Positions 47,436 through 61,607 of a DNA stretch of 64,000 nt are shown here, piece by piece. Within the stretch, counting starts at the first letter, position 1; the number at the start of each line of letters is the position of its first letter. The notes beneath the pieces are model-generated. The model saw nothing but the letters and a program-made list of their open reading frames with translations. It searched no databases and was not told the origin of the DNA. The position numbers were made by a program, and so were the translations under genes. The stretch is from Octopus vulgaris. Taxonomy: Eukaryota. The stretch spans positions 78,616,001-78,680,000 of the forward strand of contig OX597816.1 of assembly GCA_951406725.2 (NCBI GenBank). Direction: 5' to 3'.

Positions 47436-49962
47436 CTGTAAAACAGACAAAAAAGTTTTGATTATTTCATTAATATTTGAGGCTAATGCAAGTTATTTGT
47501 TATGATAAAAATAAGTTCTAAATCAAGTAATATATAAATGGACAAAAATGATTTCCTGTAATAAGTTAGAAAAATATCTATAATAAAGCAAGTTCATGTG
47601 GATGGCAATCTCTGTCATCATCAAATAGAGTAGGGTGCTAATTTGGGAACAAGAACCCTGGACGTTGAATGATTGTCAGTATTAACTCTTGGTCTGTTTC
47701 ATGTAGTTGGTGATACTTGTAGTAAAGTCATTGTTCTTGTTAGTGGCTGTGTAGTACCATGAGGCATGTTTGTTAAATGCTGAGCAATGGTGAAAAGTAG
47801 ACCTCTTCAAGTTGGAGTAATAATGCCATATGTTGTGGAAACCCACAAGACTGAAGCATATTTCCTGGACCAAAAAGGCAATTTTTTCAGCTTGTTAAAC
47901 ACTATACATAAGCAGATAAGAGCATACTTTGGATATATTTGCCTGCTTCATAATGCTTTTAGTAAGTATTAGCATGGGAGCCTATGGCAGTATTGTGCTG
48001 ATAATGTGAAACAATTGATGACAATTGTCCAAAACTGTTTATATTGGTGAGCACTTGTTAAAGAAATCATCAGAGGTCATTTGTCGATCTAATGGTGCAA
48101 AAAGGAGAACGTTGTTTCTTAATAATGCAGATATAATATAAATATAAGAGAAATATCATCAAATAATACCATTTACAATTTATTTATTTAAACTAATTAT
48201 TTATATATATATATATTTATTTATTTGACTTTTTGTCTGGATAATTAGGGTGGATACTGAGTTAGTCCTCATTTCTGACTGCAGTGCAATATCTTCCTTT
48301 CAGAAAAACAATATACTATTCAGTACAAGAATATAACATGATGATTGCAATGGTATTCAAACACACTATAGTGCAGAGATCCTGCAGCTTAAACACTTTT
48401 AATTATGAATTTTTTTTATCATTTCGTTAAAGATAACCTCGTATAGGCCTCAAAAGAAAAAAACACTTTAGCTAAAGGATTCTTTATACTTATTTTAGTA
48501 GTTTAAAACTAACATAAATTTTATTTTAGGATAAATGTAAAAATAACAATGTATGAAGACATAATAATATATGAATGTATCATATAATTTTGGTAGGGAA
48601 ACAGAATTGGACAAAGGGGTCAGTGCAGTCAGAGAAGTAATATACATTCATCTGTTCTCTCATTACTGAGTGTTGAGAGAAGGAATGATATGAGTGAACA
48701 TTAGTAGAGTTTATAAGTAACATGCTAGTTTTGAAGAGCAGAGACTTTTGTAGTAGTGGCAGAAGAGCTAGAGTGAAAAAACTGCATCTTTTAACTGAAT
48801 GTCATTGATTGAATGGTTGTATGTAATAGCAGTAGAGACATTTAACATTGTGGGTCCTATTTGAGCTTTGTAGAGATGATTAGGACTGAGTAATGTTTTT
48901 GTTTCTAAAGAGAATGGCTAGTCTTTGGGACATTGTTTCAACTGTGTTTGTGATGTGCTAGTAGTAGGGATGATCTGTGATTTGTAGGAAGCTGAATAGT
49001 TAAAAAAAAAGTGTCTTATACCAGAGAAGTAATGGAGGAAGAATAATGTTGTGGCTTGTCCACAACAATCTTGTGTTGTTGAAGGAAATAAGATTCTTGA
49101 GGCTGCCAGGAGAATATTTCCAAAGTCAGTTCTATGGGCAATATAGGTTTGACATGAAATGTCTAGATTGTATGAAGATGATGTTTGCGTATGGAAGTTT
49201 GGAGGTGTCATTTGTTGGAAGTGGCAAGTAAGTAGGCTGTTAATGTACAAGAGGGAAAATATCAGTGACACAACTGAGCTGAATATACTAGAACTCATGG
49301 AGTGTAGCTGAACAACAGTTTTGCCTGTGCATACTACATACAACTGATAAGAATCTTTTAATCCAAGAGACTAGAGCCCAATATGGGATTTTATCAAGAT
49401 TTCCATACCAGACACTCAAATGTCTTGTTGATGTCAAGTGTTATGACATTGTTTTCATGAAATTTTCCAAGAGTGAGATGGCTACTGGTAAATGACATCA
49501 AAGAGACAGTTAACAATAGAATTATGGAAGCTGTACTGATGTTGGAGAAGCTAGTTATAAGCAACTGTGTTCAAATTCTTGAGATGTTGGAAGTTAGAGT
49601 AATAAGTCAATACTTCACAAGATCAGAGAGATTATATCTCTTGGACATGAGAGTCACTGTAGTATGTTTTCAAAGATGAAGACAAATTCCTATTTAGAGA
49701 GAGAGAAAGACTGAAAACTTTTAGGAAGATTAGAAGATGAATTTAGGGTGAACTGTTTGAAAGTGATGAAAGGTACATTGGCAGGGCAGTGATTTTATTG
49801 ATTTGGAATGACAAGAGGTGTATTTACACGTAGTATTGTGTTCCTGGCAATGGGACTAGAAGAAGACAGAAAGGAAGTTTTACAGGCATTTTTCTAAGTC
49901 TTCAGATTACTGAACTTAAAAAAGCTGGTTGGAATGAGACTAAAGTTTAGTGAATTAACATC

Positions 49963-52449
49963 TATTATAATCCTTAACATGTTGGATTGTTATAACATTC
50001 ACTTCAGTATACAGAATACTTAGTAAAAGCAGTAAAGATATGACTATCTCTGACCGCCTACTATGCACTCTCCTCTTAATAGTGACTAACTCATACCGCT
50101 CATCACGTGGGAGGATTGTACCATTATTGTTAATTCTCTACATCAGCTCCCCTTTTACATTTTTCTTAGGAAGTGTCATTTTATTTATCAATAATATTTT
50201 TATTCACCTCACCTCCCTTTTTTGATTTTTATTTTGTACAATTTAATATTTTTTGCACTTGACATTTATTTTTGGGAAGTCCATATGTTTTCTTTTCCTC
50301 TCACTTGTATGCCTGGGTCCAATAACCTGTAGTGGCGTTGGTATTTGGAATGTATCGTACAACCATTCCATTGGTTCTTCCAACTTCTTTGGTTTGCTTT
50401 CCATGAATCTCTTTCTCAGTTGGTTCCTGTGTCACTTATGTATGTCTTTCCTACTTTTTACCCAATACGTCATTTTACCTATGCATTTGGTAATTATGCC
50501 ATATTCTCAACTCTGTTTTCTGTTCTTGCATGCCCTCATATACACCTTTTCACCAACTTTAAAGAATCGTGCTGTCTTCCTTGGCACCTTTTCTTTTTTT
50601 GCAGATAGCAATTTATCAAAGACTGATTTTTACTTTCCTTGCAAACATCAGCTTTGCTGGTGAGCTACCTGCTGGTGTATTCAGGTTTGGTGTCACACGG
50701 TACACTCCTAAAAATTGTTCTAGAGCTACCTCATCCATGACTTTTTTATTCGATTTTCTAAGGGCTCTTTTGAAGGTAGTGACAAAGTATTGTGGGATGG
50801 TATGGCACCGTAGTCATATGTTCTACTGCAAACGTTTCACAAAATTTCAAAAGTTCGCTACACAAATTGCGTTCCATTGACAGACACTATCTTGTCTGTG
50901 ATGTCAAATCTTGCAAACAATTTTATCTCAGTCAAGGAGGTTGGTTGTTTGCACTAACAAATTTCAGGCCATTTCAAGAAACTATTAACCACCACTAAGT
51001 AGTAAAAACCACTTAAAGGACCAGCAAAATCGATGTGTAGTCTCGACTACGGAATATTTACTTTTGGCCAGGGTTCACTTTTTATCATCAGTAATTTTGC
51101 TGCTAGAGCACATCCTCTACGACCTTTCACCAAATTTCTGATTTCTCTGTCCATTTTTAGCCATTAACTGCGCATTAAAGCTTTCATCCTTGAAATACCA
51201 GGATGTCTAACAGGAAATCCTCTCAATATTTTCTTTTGTAGTGTTTCCGGTGTCACTACCCTCTGTGCATATTCTCTGTGCATACATCAGTACACTATCT
51301 CTCTGTGCATATATCAGTACACACTACTCTCTGTGCATACATCAGTACACCATGAAACATTGAGTATAGGTTCACGTATTGGTTTTGTTTCACACCAAAC
51401 CTGTTTCGATTTTCTTTTGTTGACCACAGTGTTCTTTTTGTTTCCTTTATAAAATTATCTTTTACTGCATTCTTCTGACACTTGCTGTAGAGTTACATCT
51501 TGCTTTTGTTCTAGCTTTGCGAGAATTCTAGTTCTAATTTCTGTGTGCTTTTCGGCAGTATGTCCTTGTGTAAAAATCAGGAATTTGAATATATTTAGCA
51601 TTAATTTATCCAGCTTAAACTTCTCACATTCCCTGTTTACTCTACCAGCATATGTGATATAGTCCTCATCATTGTTTTTCTCTATGTTCAGACACTTCCA
51701 ACGTATGTTGAACAATGAGCCTTTTTCACTGAAAATTTTGCACAATTGTATCATTAAAGTTTATGTCTGAAGGTTTACTTGTGAGTACATAATTACTGTA
51801 GGGTTCATGTTCTATTGCTGCCAGTTTTCTCAAGATCGAGTGCATTTTCATCTCGTCATCCTAATCTTTACAATCTTTCTTGAAGATTTGTTCATGTCTC
51901 CTGTCATGCTTCAAAGGTAACTTCTTCATCAGGCTTGTATTTGAACTCTGTTATGGAGTTTGCAGTGTTGAGAACACTTTTTCTGACTTTCCTGGCATCT
52001 TCAGTAATTGCAGCATTTGTTGCTGTAATATTATTTGTTGTTGCTCTTGCAGTTGTTTCTGCTGCTGTTGTTGTTGGTGTTGTTACTTAAGCTGTTGTTC
52101 TTGCAGTTGTTGCTGTATATGCAACTCGAACAAACCGGCCAAAAAATGTTCCATAATTTTATGTATGTTTTCGTAAGTTTCACACAAGACTTTGTGAGTT
52201 TATTAACTCCTCTTTGAGTTTCTATTAACTCTATGTGAATTTATTAATTCCTCATGAGTTGTTTAAATTTTCGTCATCACTGTTATAATCCTTTAAATGT
52301 TGTATTATTATAATGCCCGCTTCAGTATACAGTATACTTAGTAAGACCAGTAAAGACATGACTGTCTCTGACTGCTTACTATGAATTCTCCTATTTATAG
52401 TGACTGTCACATGAAAGGGGTGTACCCTTATTTCTAATTCCCTACAATA
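49963..52449 (-). mobile_element. Internally deleted Gypsy LTR element with both LTRs
   Basis: LTRs at 49963-50145 and 52281-52449; 5-bp TSD ACATC (49958-49962, 52450-52454); PPT AAAAGGGGAG; degenerate PBS; gag (51455-52155) and integrase (SRLHIDFAGP) remnants; no RT. Confidence 0.88.
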
Positions 52450-53923
52450 ACATCAGAAGGTGAAGATATGTGTTGGTTGTGATAGAATAAAATGAGGATA
52501 TAAATTAAAATTACATTTCAGATAGGGTTAATCAAATTGGAGGTGGGGATAAAATAAATGCAAAATAGGTTTCTTCTCTCTATGAGTTTTAATTATTATA
52601 GAAATAGAGTAGCTGCTAGTCTTTTCTAATCTTGTTAGTCAAAGCCAGCTCTCAGGGTGAATACAAAGTGCTGTGATCCACACATAATACTCAACTCCAG
52701 CAGTAGTATAGTATCGATTTTGATGACTCTAGATAATTCACAGTATGAGAACATCTAACATTGTTGGCTTGTGATATCTGTTCCATGGGAGCAACTATAG
52801 ATGTCCATGAAAGTGCTGCTCACATTGGCAACAAATGGGGAGAAATGAAAGTACAAATTCTATCCATAAGAACATGAAAAAGTTTTATCACATCCAAAAT
52901 ATTTAGTAGCAGTACAAATTATTCACTGCAGTTTATAGGGAGATTAGTCATTACAAATATTGAAGAAAATTCTATTGCAGATTTATGATTAGAAAAATTA
53001 ATTTCAAGTCTTTTAAAGAAGATGGACTGTTATGCTTCAGTTTTATTTACCACAGTGATCAAGTCTATAGCAGTTGCTCGCAACATATTTAAAGAAAATT
53101 ATTAAGGACTTTAGCTAACTGATGTAGATGGATTGTTTTAATATCACACTGAAGTGTATGTGTTGTAATATATTTGATATAAAACTTCTAGTGATCTTCA
53201 TTTTCAGTATCAAATTATTGTTTTCTAAAATTACAGTTTCCCCATATATCTTGTTTAATGCTGAAGTTATGGAGTTATTGCTTATAGAAAATGGTGACTT
53301 CTTGACAATTGAGCTGAATGTATAAATGTGTAACCAGTTGAGTATTCCACTAACATGTCTATCCTTAATACAATTTTCAGGCTGAACCAGAGTGAGAGAT
53401 GTGACAAGACAACATCTTTCAATAACAGATACAAACCTGTGATAAGTAGAGAGAAAGAGAGCGAGGGGGAGAAAGAGAAAGAGAGAGAGGATCTGACCTC
53501 AGAACTGAATTGGAACATAATTGATTGCAAATGAATGAAAGATAAAGTTGACCTTCTTAGCATTTGAACTCTGGTTGCAGATAGGTGGAACAAATATGGC
53601 ATTTGTAAAGAAGCTCTCATGTGATTATACTTGTCAGGTATGAGTGTCATTTCATTATAATGCTTATTTTCAGCAGATACCTGTTACACATATAACAAAT
53701 ATGGCCCACTCAATGAACTGATGGGTTTTGACTGAGGCATACATATGTGCTGTGCTTGTAATACTTACAACTTATATACTTACAATGTTGCACTGCTAGG
53801 TGAAGCCAAAAGTTACTTGTAGTTATAGAAATAAAATGCCTTTTTACCTTTAATATTATTTGAAATGTCAATATTTTAAATCATTTTACTTGAAACAATA
53901 ATAAAATAAACAAAAACAATTAC

Positions 53924-54049
53924 CAGAACGAGAAGAAATTCCATTTGTATTATTTGGGCTAAGTCTCCAACCTCTGCGTATATCATTCATGTTTTCAATA
54001 TCATAACCACAAGTGCCACTATCAAAATCACAACTTGCATTCCAGTGAT
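53924..54049 (-). CDS. MAM-array gene, exon d (N-terminal half of MAM domain B)
   Basis: taacag|AT acceptor, G|gtaat donor, 126 nt, phase 1-1. Translates NHWNASCDFDSGTCGYDIENMNDIRRGWRLSPNNTNGISSRS. Confidence 0.88.
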
Positions 54050-55455
54050 CTGTTAATACAAAATAATTGATTAAAGAATTTAATTATTTCCAAGTAAGTG
54101 TTCAACAAATCAACAACTCATTTTCTAAAGCACATTTTTTCACAATATTTTACCAAAAAGTTCCTTTCTTGAACAAATATAGCCAAAGGATTGTGAGATT
54201 GGTTAATTCATCCAGTTACCAGAGATACTTAAATGATACTGGGTATAGTGGGTGTTTAAATGAATTTACAGTTCACTGCTGGTTGTTTTTATTTGTTTTG
54301 TATAGAGTTAATGGTTGAGGTTTGAGTGTTGCCTCAAAGTACTGGGAACCACTTTGAGTTTATCTCTAAATGATATAATACAAATCTAGAATTTCAAAGT
54401 TGTTTGAGTCTATCAAACACTTTGTTCATTTCGTACTGGAGTTATCACTGCATATTTTCAGAGGACCACAAATACACCTTTAACCAAAGCAAAACAGTGA
54501 GCAAAATATTTTTGTCTTGTGTTATTCACACATGTTATTTCTCATATGCATATATCAAGACAAGAACTAATTACTAGTGAAGAGGTAATATAACTCTGAT
54601 TCATGCAACAATAATCAGAGCAAATTACTGAATGTTTAGTATATTCAATTGTAATACATATTGTTTATTTGTTTATTTAAGTAAATGATTTCTGTTCTTG
54701 CATTGACAACACTAAATTTCCCAGTTTCAAGCTTTGGTACAGAACATGCAGATGTGTAGTGCATGCAACATTTCATATATGCATCTTACTCTATGGTGCT
54801 GTTGTTGTTTAGTCCCCAAGCCAGCCTGAATCAAGCAGATCTATAACCAAAAACATTCCAACTATGACCATCTCATATTATTAGGAATACATAGAACCAC
54901 ATTATCCAGTATGACCATTTTTTCTCTAGACAGGAGAATGTGATTTGAAAGAGATTTGGTTGCTGTTTGTAGTTAGTCCAGTGACCACATAGTGGCTCTC
55001 TCATTGGCTTATATAGAATACTGTATGGTGTACGTATGTCTGGCATCGATCCAGCAATCTCAGGAGAGACATCTTGAAACAAGCCATAACTTACAAACCA
55101 GTGTGTAGGATACAATATATGCCAGTAAAATAATCTATGAAATTTTATATTTGAAAACATAGAGAGAGGAAGTTGATGAGAACATTGTTCAAGCTTTCAT
55201 TTCATTTCATTATTCTTCTTATACTGTTACTGAGTAAGGTGAATGTTGACATCAAAAATATAAATCTAATTGGAATGGAGTAAACTTGTGTACATGTACA
55301 CACACACACATACACACATTTTACACACACACTCCTTCCCTCTCTTTCACACACAGGCAGCAGATATGCATGTAAGCATACATGCTCACCTAAACATAAT
55401 TACTAAAGCTAATTGCTGATATGTTATAATATGTTATGGTATATTTTGCCCTTAC

Positions 55456-55550
55456 TTGAACAGCTATTTTCTGATAAGGTGACATCATCATGGGCAATAT
55501 CACTGTCAAAACCATTTCCTTGGATAGCTTCAAATATGATTTCATGATTC
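55456..55550 (-). CDS. MAM-array gene, exon c (C-terminus of MAM domain A)
   Basis: aaag|G acceptor, A|gtaag donor, 95 nt, phase 2-1, which exactly completes exon b. Translates NHEIIFEAIQGNGFDSDIAHDDVTLSENSCS (MAM IxFEA...DIAxDDV...C). The ORF track shows this region in a different frame. Confidence 0.9.
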
Positions 55551-56367
55551 CTTTAATATAAATAAATAAAAAGAAAAGATTTAATAGCAAAAGAAATTGA
55601 TGGAAAGCACTATTTCTTCTATTTCTGCCATTTCTATATTCTAAAATACATTAAAATTACAAACGTATATAGTTAGGGACATAACTGCAATAGGGGATAT
55701 TTCAACAAATCTTACTTTCTGTATTACTAAACAATTAACAAAACATTAAATAAATATATCACATATTGTTTTTTACTTATAAAGATTTTAAAGTCAAATT
55801 TGGCTAATGATAAATTGATCATGTTTACAAACATCCTGGTTTCTTAGGGTTAACCAAATGAAAAACAAGACTGAAATTTAGCCTTCAGTGTTATCTCAGT
55901 CAATAAAAATATCTCGTGTAGAATTTTTCTCCACACTGTAACTTCAAATTTATAGTTGCAATAAAGAGGAAAGCATTAACATGATATTTAAATGTAATCA
56001 TCTCAATCACAAATGAGGAAAACTTTCAAATACTCAAATGAAGGAAATTCTATGCAATAAGTCAACCAGCATGATATGTCAGGCAAATCACTTCTTGAAA
56101 AAGAACACTTTGGACTATTTCTATTATATCAGAAATGTTCTGAAAAGCAGCTTTAACCAGAAACATTACATTGATGTTTGCTCAACACTCAATGAGGAAA
56201 CATTATTTTGTTAACTTTTTTAATGCAATCCAAAATGTTTGTGAGTATATGTATGTATGCGTGTATGTGTGTGTGTGTGTGTGTTTTCCACTGTGATGTA
56301 CAAATTATGTGTGTGGTACTCTAATACCAATCAGAATTGTGTTCATAAACAGCCAAAAAGTGTTGTA

Positions 56368-56715
56368 AAGTCTTTGTAGTAGGTCAGTAACACTTTAACA
56401 CTGCTTTACAAAGAGTCATTAACTAGTGAAAACTCCTTTGTAGATTTTGAAAGTAATCAAATCTTTTTTGTAGGGCAGAATCTACTCAAAATTACTTTGT
56501 AGAGAGTCACTGACTCCTCAAAGCTGCTTTGCAGAAGATCAGCAATTCACTAAAGCTCTATTTTTGGGGACCTGAAACAGTTCAAAGATGCTTTATTGGG
56601 TGTCAGTGGCTTGTAAAAGTTGCTTTAGAAGTCAGGAAATGTCTTGAGCAGCTTCATAGTTGGGTAGTAACTATGTAAAGATGCTTTGTAGAGAATCAGA
56701 AACTGTTCAAAGTTG
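56368..56715. repeat. Degenerate minisatellite, ~31-bp period, ~11 units
   Basis: Recurring aaagHtgctttgtagagagtcag-like unit. Confidence 0.65.
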
Positions 56716-57477
56716 AGGTACTTTCTGACTTTGAATATTTAATTGAAAACTCAAACTTGGCAGGCCCTCCCGGACTAGTGGGTTTGATGCAGAACATGTT
56801 CGGTTTGAACATTCTCAGGTCAAATGTCTCCAACTGAAAGGTGAACAGGAGGCGATTTCAGTGGATGATACTCTGAATAAAAAGCAATGGAGAGAAAAAT
56901 TGTTTTGTGAGGGGGGGTGAGATATATTGAAGATATTAGGAGGAAGAGAGACGTGTGGGTTACACAAACCAGGCAGACCTAGATAGAAAGGATATGCAGC
57001 CAATTATTTTAGGAGAGTAGAAACTTTGCGATAGGTGTATTGTCAAGAATAAAAATTCATCAATCATTGTGGTCAATAGTTTTCATAGGGAGGGCTGAAC
57101 ATGACAGAATTGAGAAGAATTTGAGAAATAGTGGCCTATGTTGACAAAAGTTAAAGCAATAAGCAACAAAATCCAGAGTAGTTTAACATTTGATTTGAGA
57201 GAAAGAAATATTTAACAGTTTAGGCAGAAAACTACAGAAGATAGTGTTAAAATATGAGAGGTTAGTGTTTAAAATTGAAGGTAGTAGATGGAAGCTGCTG
57301 CAAGAGTAGAGAAGATGAGAAAAGAGAAAGGAGGGAAGATGAATTGAAGAGTGAAGGACAAGGGGGTTAAATAAAAAGAAAATATATTGTTGAGTGAATA
57401 TAGATAACAGATGAAAGTTTGAATGTGTCAGACAAAATACCTCATGGGTGTTTTTTCGAGCTCTTTGCTTTCTGAAA

Positions 57478-57837
57478 ACCTACTGAGGTCAATATTGCCT
57501 TTCATCCTTCCAGATTTGATAAATTAAAAGACCAGTCTGTACTGGGGTTGATACAATCTAGCTAATCTCTCTCTTCAAACTACTGGTCTTCTACCAAAAT
57601 TAGCTTATTATTATTATTATTATAATTATCAAAGAATTGTCAAAATTGTCAGCATGCAGGGCAAAATGCTTAGCAGTATGTCATCTGCTGTTACTTTCTG
57701 AGTTGAAATTCTGCTGAGGTCGACTTTGCATTTCATTCTTTCGGGGTCGATAAATTAAGTATCATTTGAGTACTGGAATCGATATAATCAACTATCCCCC
57801 TCCCCCAAATTCAGGCCTTGTGCCGATAGTAGAAAGG

Positions 57838-57893
<56 letters not shown>

Positions 57894-58292
57894 CACTAAG
57901 GTGGAAAGCTAGCAGGTTCCTTAGCACATCGGGTGAAATGCTTAGTGGTATTTTGTCTGCCGCTACATTCTGAGTTCAAATTCCACAGAGGTCGACTTTG
58001 CCTTTCATACTTTTGGGGTCAATTAAATATGTACCAGTTATGCACTGGGGTCGATATAATCGACTTAATCCGTTTGTCTGTCCTTGTTTGTCCCCTCTGT
58101 GTTTAGCCCCTTGTGGGTAGTAAAGAAATAGGTATTTTGTCTGCTGCTACACTCTGAGTTCAAATTTTGCTGAGGTCAACTGTGCCGTTCATCATTTCAG
58201 TGTTGATAAATTAAGTACCAGTTGAACAGTGGGGTTGATGTAATGGACACACCCCTCCCCCAAAATGGCTACTCTTGTGGCAAAATTTGAAA
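57478..58292 (+). mobile_element. Cluster of 3-4 family-1 SINE copies separated by (TTA)n
   Basis: Repeated gaggtcractttgcctttcat...ggggtcgataaattaagtacc at ~57485, 57716, 57988 and 58172. Confidence 0.8.
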
Positions 58293-58324
58293 CAATTATT
58301 ATTGATATTATTATTATTATTATT

Positions 58325-60420
58325 TTATTGTCTTTGCACAGCTTCGAATGCTGGAGATGTACTAAAGTGTCAGCTGTTCACTACCAGTGAACTAAGGTAA
58401 CACCCATTATTTTTTGAGCACCTTCCAGAGTATTTGAATGGTTCCATGCAATGCTGTTTTCTGCAAGTACTCAGACTTATTGCATTCCCTATTTGTTCCA
58501 TCTACTTCTCAAGATTTTTACTCACTGTTCCCAGGGGTCTGACAATTGTTGGTACTACTACCATATTTTACAGCAACCACAACTGCTTAACCTCCCAAGC
58601 TAACCTGTTATAACTGTCAACTTTTCTTTCTTCCTTATCACATAATTCGATGGAATACCAAATAGGTTCATACATTCCATAATACAAAAATGTGGGATCA
58701 TATCGTACACCTTACGATAATTAATCCATGACATGGCAAAGTTAGTTTATCGCCTGTTGCAGTCTCTAAGTACAGTTTTGTGTACCAGGAGTTGATCATT
58801 TGTACCTCTGCACTTATGCACGCAGCCCTTCTGCTCATGTGGCAGGACTTCATTTTTTTCCCGATGTCCGCACATTGACTCTGTGACTATTCCAGTCAAT
58901 AATTTCTACATAAGTGACAAGCAGGATATCGGCCTGTAACTGTCCACTGTATTGCCTTTTGTAATGCTTTTCAAGCACAGCACTGTTCTACCCATTGTCA
59001 ACCACTCTGGTGTTACTTGGTCGGCATTTAACATGGTGTTGAGTTGTGCAGCTATTCGTGCATGACATTCAACAAATCTTTTGATCCAGTAGCCTTGAAC
59101 TTCATCTGGACCCCGGGCCTTGCAGTTGCTCATTTTTGTGCTGATTTCCTTCACTTCCCAAACTGAAATATCTAGTTCTGCCTGTTTTGGACAGACTACT
59201 ATTTATTTTAGTTCTTGCAACCATTCAGCATCTTTCTTGTGCTCCTTGTCTTTGCTCCAGATGTCATTCAAAACCTTTGACTTTCAATGTTATCTGCTAC
59301 CAACTTTTCATCTGTACACTTTTTGCTTATTTCTTTGTAGAATCTCTTCTGATCTACACTGAATAACCTATTCAGCTGGTCCCTCCATTCTTTGGTCTTA
59401 TCTTACTATCTTGGATTTCTTTGCAACAAGGTTCTGCTTCAATTCCTTCATTACCACTTTCAGGCCCTTTCTTTCAATATCATACTTCCTGTTCTGGCCC
59501 TGTATTTTTGTTCGGTTTAACCCAGAAATGTTCTTTGAGAGCACCTGTATTTTTATACCTGTATATCCCACCTGTAGTTTTCCTTTCCACCATGGATCTT
59601 TTCTTTTGTCATTCCCATTATATTGATTTTTCTTCACATCAATACCCACATTATTGGCTACAACAATACTTAATGCCTTGATCAAATTATTTGTTTCTGT
59701 GATGTTTTTTGTTCTATTTTTCGTTTCTTGGTTCAATTTCCCCCGTTCAACCTTTTTAAGGTTGCAAATAATGTTGCTATCATTCTCCTGTAGCTTTGCC
59801 TTTATTCTGTTGTAGAATGCCTTTTGCCCATCTATCATGCCATGATTAGTTTTATTGTCTTCTTCCAAACCATCTACATGTCTCTCGTTGAGTAAGCTAT
59901 CACTGTTCCTTTCCTGTGGTTTCACCTCTGTTTTTTGCTATGAGATTACTTTTATCAGTAGGAACTTTATTCTCACTGTTTCCTCTACTGCTGTTTTCCA
60001 ATACCTCTCTTTTGATAGCTTCAAGCTCTACTTCTGTGAACCAATGATTTTTTCTTATTGTTCTAGCTTGATCACATAATCTCTGTCCTATGAGTTGAAA
60101 GAATCCTCTTTCTTTCCATTGATCATACATACATTGTCGGTATCCCTTAATATGAGCACCATTTTCGTCTACAGGGTTGCTCAGTTAGTAACACTCCATG
60201 ACCACAGCATTGTTTCACAGTTTGTTTCACCTACACCGTGTGTGCTGGTCCCTTGCTGGATAATGACAGACTGGAATCAAACCAGTATCTCTAAACCTGC
60301 TGGGTGCAACACCATCACCATCAAGGGCTTCAGTTTCATTATTAACCTTGTTCACAATATTGTGTTTTTCATTGTCACTCATATGAGCTAGCGATTATCA
60401 GGTCGCACAGTTACCAGAGT
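58325..60420 (-). mobile_element. Decayed, internally deleted Dong/R4-like LINE flanked by (TTA)n
   Basis: QRLCDQARTIRKNHWFTEVELE, DPWWK, KARGPDEVQGYWIK, YRPISCL, EQKGC, WINYRKVYDMIPH, VPTIV.PLG. Confidence 0.85.
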
Positions 60421-60480
60421 TTTTATTGTGACACCATCTCTATATATTTATTTATTTATTTATTGTTGTTGTTATTATTA

Positions 60481-60544
<64 letters not shown>

Positions 60545-61001
60545 CATCATTATTATTATTATATACTAACTCAGGTTTTACTGGAACTCTTAGTGTATTG
60601 CATGAGTCACAGACTTGCTACCTGTAGCCTTTGTTACTACGCTATCCATTCGTTCACAATATGGGCAGTGGTTTTGTGAAATCCATTACAAATTCAGCCC
60701 AATGGAGGTACTTGTTCATTTCTAAGGACAACCATCCAAATTGTGATGACAGGTAAGGGGTGTATTATTGTATCATCATTATAAATGAGATCAGAGGTGA
60801 ACAGTTAAATCATTATTTTATGGGAGATCAGAAATGAATTGTATTTTTATTGATTCAAGGTGAGAAGTAAGACTTTACACCATTATTATGTGGCTTCTGT
60901 TGGTCTGTCAAAGCAAATAAGCTGTGCAAACTTTGGCATGAACATTTCCAGAAAAATCAATCATGAACCAGTAAAAGTTATTGAAAGCAAAATCTTCTTA
61001 C

Positions 61002-61242
61002 CCATATCCCTCATTCACGGGAAGACATTGATGTTTCCATCCAGTGCCTTGATTGCCTGATATAGATCCAATAGATTTTTTGCTAGAATTATTAGTTCGA
61101 ACAGAGATATTTAGGCTTCCCATGTTTCTTCCAGACATGTGATGGTAGAAACTGACACTGCCGAGATTTCCACTGAAGGGTTTTGTTCTCAAAGTTGTTT
61201 TTTGTCCATGGAAACCAGTTGCAGAAGCAAGCATATATTTTC
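61002..61242 (-). CDS. MAM-array gene, exon b (middle of MAM domain A)
   Basis: tttcag|GA acceptor, GG|gtaag donor, 241 nt, phase 1-2. Joins exon a in frame: GKYMLASATG...SVSFYHHMSGRNMGSLNI...SGNQGTGWKHQCLPV. Confidence 0.92.
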
Positions 61243-61607
61243 CTGAAAAAGCAAATATACAGCATTCAATAACATGTAAAAATAATATAATAAAAAAGAT
61301 TGCTTTTTGATAATATAATGTGGCAGAGTTTTACAGCTACCTCAGGGTACAGGCTTTTGTGCTCACAAAAATTGTAAAGAATAACCATTAATTTCAGAAT
61401 ATGGTCTGTAATTTTGCTCGTAAGGAAACTCAGAATACATGTTTTAAGTTGTTTACAATTTAAAACTGTACTTTCTTCTTTTTTCAATGGCTATTTGCAT
61501 TTTCATTAAAATCAAAATATATAGCTAATGATTTGAAAAAACTGTCATCACACTACACACATACACACATGTATATATAATGTACATAATTATAAAGTGA
61601 CTTGTGA

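Noticed and set aside
48600-49950. Possible very old LINE remnants (also ~16700-18500, 52500-53400, 56750-57430)
   Set aside because: Strand-biased composition suggests decayed LINEs, but I could not read diagnostic motifs, so they were not called.
50253-50663. Hydrophobic, membrane-protein-like ORF
   Set aside because: Antisense to the A-rich integrase 3' region of the LTR element.
56368-56715. CRISPR-like array
   Set aside because: Units are contiguous and degenerate, with no unique spacers or cas genes, in a eukaryotic intron.
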